The notes beneath the pieces were generated by a model. That model saw only the letters and a list, made by a program, of their open reading frames with translations. It ran no database searches and was not told the DNA's origin. This document shows positions 63,122 to 64,000 of a stretch of 64,000 nt of DNA, in pieces; position 1 is the stretch's first letter, and each line of letters begins with the position of its first letter. The stretch is taken from positions 2,927 through 66,926 of the forward strand of contig CAZCGW010000010.1 of NCBI GenBank assembly GCA_964498255.1. Reading direction: 5' to 3'. A program made the translations under genes and the position numbers. This DNA is from an uncultured Dechloromonas sp. (GTDB lineage Bacteria; Pseudomonadota; Gammaproteobacteria; Burkholderiales; Rhodocyclaceae).

Positions 63122-64000
63122 ATGTCTTTGCAAATATCGCCTCAAAGAAATCAACCGAATGTTGATCGATCGTTATTGATCGATGGACTGAAGGCGCTTG
63201 CCGCCCAGACGATTGTTATTCATCACCTAGTGTCCTATGGTCCTATGGCAGAAGCAGCGGGGGTCGCTGCACCTGGTCTGGTTGCCTGGTTTGGCTATTA
63301 CGGTCGTTGGGCGGTACAGGTGTTTCTGGTGCTCGCAGGGTATTTAACCGCGCAGGCTTTGTGCGCGCGGGAGACAGGTTTAAGTCATCCCTGGAGCCTG
63401 ATTGCTAAACGGTACGTCCGTCTGGTATGGCCTTTTGGTGTTGCGGTGACGCTTGCAGTGATTTCGGCTGAAATCGCCCGCTTCTGGACCGAAGATTCGA
63501 TGCTGCCGGAAACGGCGGGTCTGATGCAGTATTTATCCCACTGGCTTTTAATTCATGGTGTGTTGGGCCACGAGTCGCTCAGTACAGGCGTCTGGTATGT
63601 AGCGATCGATTTTCAGCTCTTCGTGCTGACGGTGCTGCTGTTATGGTCAAGCCAGGCTTTGCGGTGGGCGGGTTGGGCACCATTGTTAATTGGTGCGCTG
63701 ACCATGGCGTCATTGGTCTGGATTCGTACCTGGAGCGATTGGGATAACTGGGCGCCGTATTTTTATAATGCCTATGGCGTTGGTTTGCTGATGGGTTGGT
63801 TGACGCGACGAGAGCATCAGGCGTTGCCATGGGTTCGCGCGGTTTTGCTTGGTGTGCTTGGCGTGCTGGTGTGGCAGTTTGCAGTAACCCTCAACGGCCG
63901 TCTTGCGGTTATTCTGGCTGTTGCTGTATTGCTTTGGGTGGCCAGCTTTCCGGTGGTGCGTGTTATGCCGAATATGTTGGGTGGTCTGAAGCCATTGCTT
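63122..64000 (+). CDS. Acyltransferase family 3 (OafA-like) membrane protein, 3' truncated by window edge
   Basis: Hand translation of the 5' part gives IDGLKALAAQTIVIHH, AVQVFLVLAGYL and KRYVRL; missing from the ORF track, consistent with no stop inside the window. Confidence 0.85.
   Translation, partial: MSLQISPQRNQPNVDRSLLIDGLKALAAQTIVIHHLVSYGPMAEAAGVAAPGLVAWFGYYGRWAVQVFLVLAGYLTAQALCARETGLSHPWSLIAKRYVRLVWPFGVAVTLAVISAEIARFWTEDSMLPETAGLMQYLSHWLLIHGVLGHESLSTGVWYVAIDFQLFVLTVLLLWSSQALRWAGWAPLLIGALTMASLVWIRTWSDWDNWAPYFYNAYGVGLLMGWLTRREHQALPWVRAVLLGVLGVLVWQFAVTLNGRLAVILAVAVLLWVASFPVVRVMPNMLGGLKPLL

Overview
Chromosomal window from a betaproteobacterium; gene order and protein motifs look Rhodocyclales-like (inference). 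Core backbone: the dcw cluster (murE-murF-mraY-murD-ftsW-murG-murC-murB-ddl-ftsQ-ftsA-ftsZ-lpxC), dciA/secA-argJ, rpe-gph-trpE, an inserted phasin, trpG-trpD-trpC, and later ubiH-like, dsbC, amt, mltA, Nudix, yacG-zapD-coaE, proB-obgE-rpmA-rplU and ispB. The accessory part is concentrated between trpC and about 37.7 kb. First comes a 5-kb toxin-antitoxin/Abi islet built from two diverged copies of one unit that starts with the trpC 3' end and ends at an abiEi stop. A PaaA2-like/ParE cassette flanked by 23-bp direct repeats sits at the junction of the copies. The islet also holds an intact MNT antitoxin with an internally deleted HEPN toxin, a toxin-first AbiEii-AbiEi operon with a long operator, and a stand-alone AAA/DUF4143 ATPase-nuclease. 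It is followed by a porin, two TPR-glycosyltransferases, a CDI-like glycosyltransferase and a hipB/deleted-hipA module. The right end holds a patatin with a histone-like tail, a FUSC-type tripartite efflux pump, acetoacetate decarboxylase and 3-hydroxybutyrate dehydrogenase, then a cytochrome c5/DUF5993/DsbB-like/beta-barrel operon. No tRNA, rRNA, CRISPR array, integrase or transposase was seen. All identities are hand counts and family names come from recognised motifs; no database search was run.
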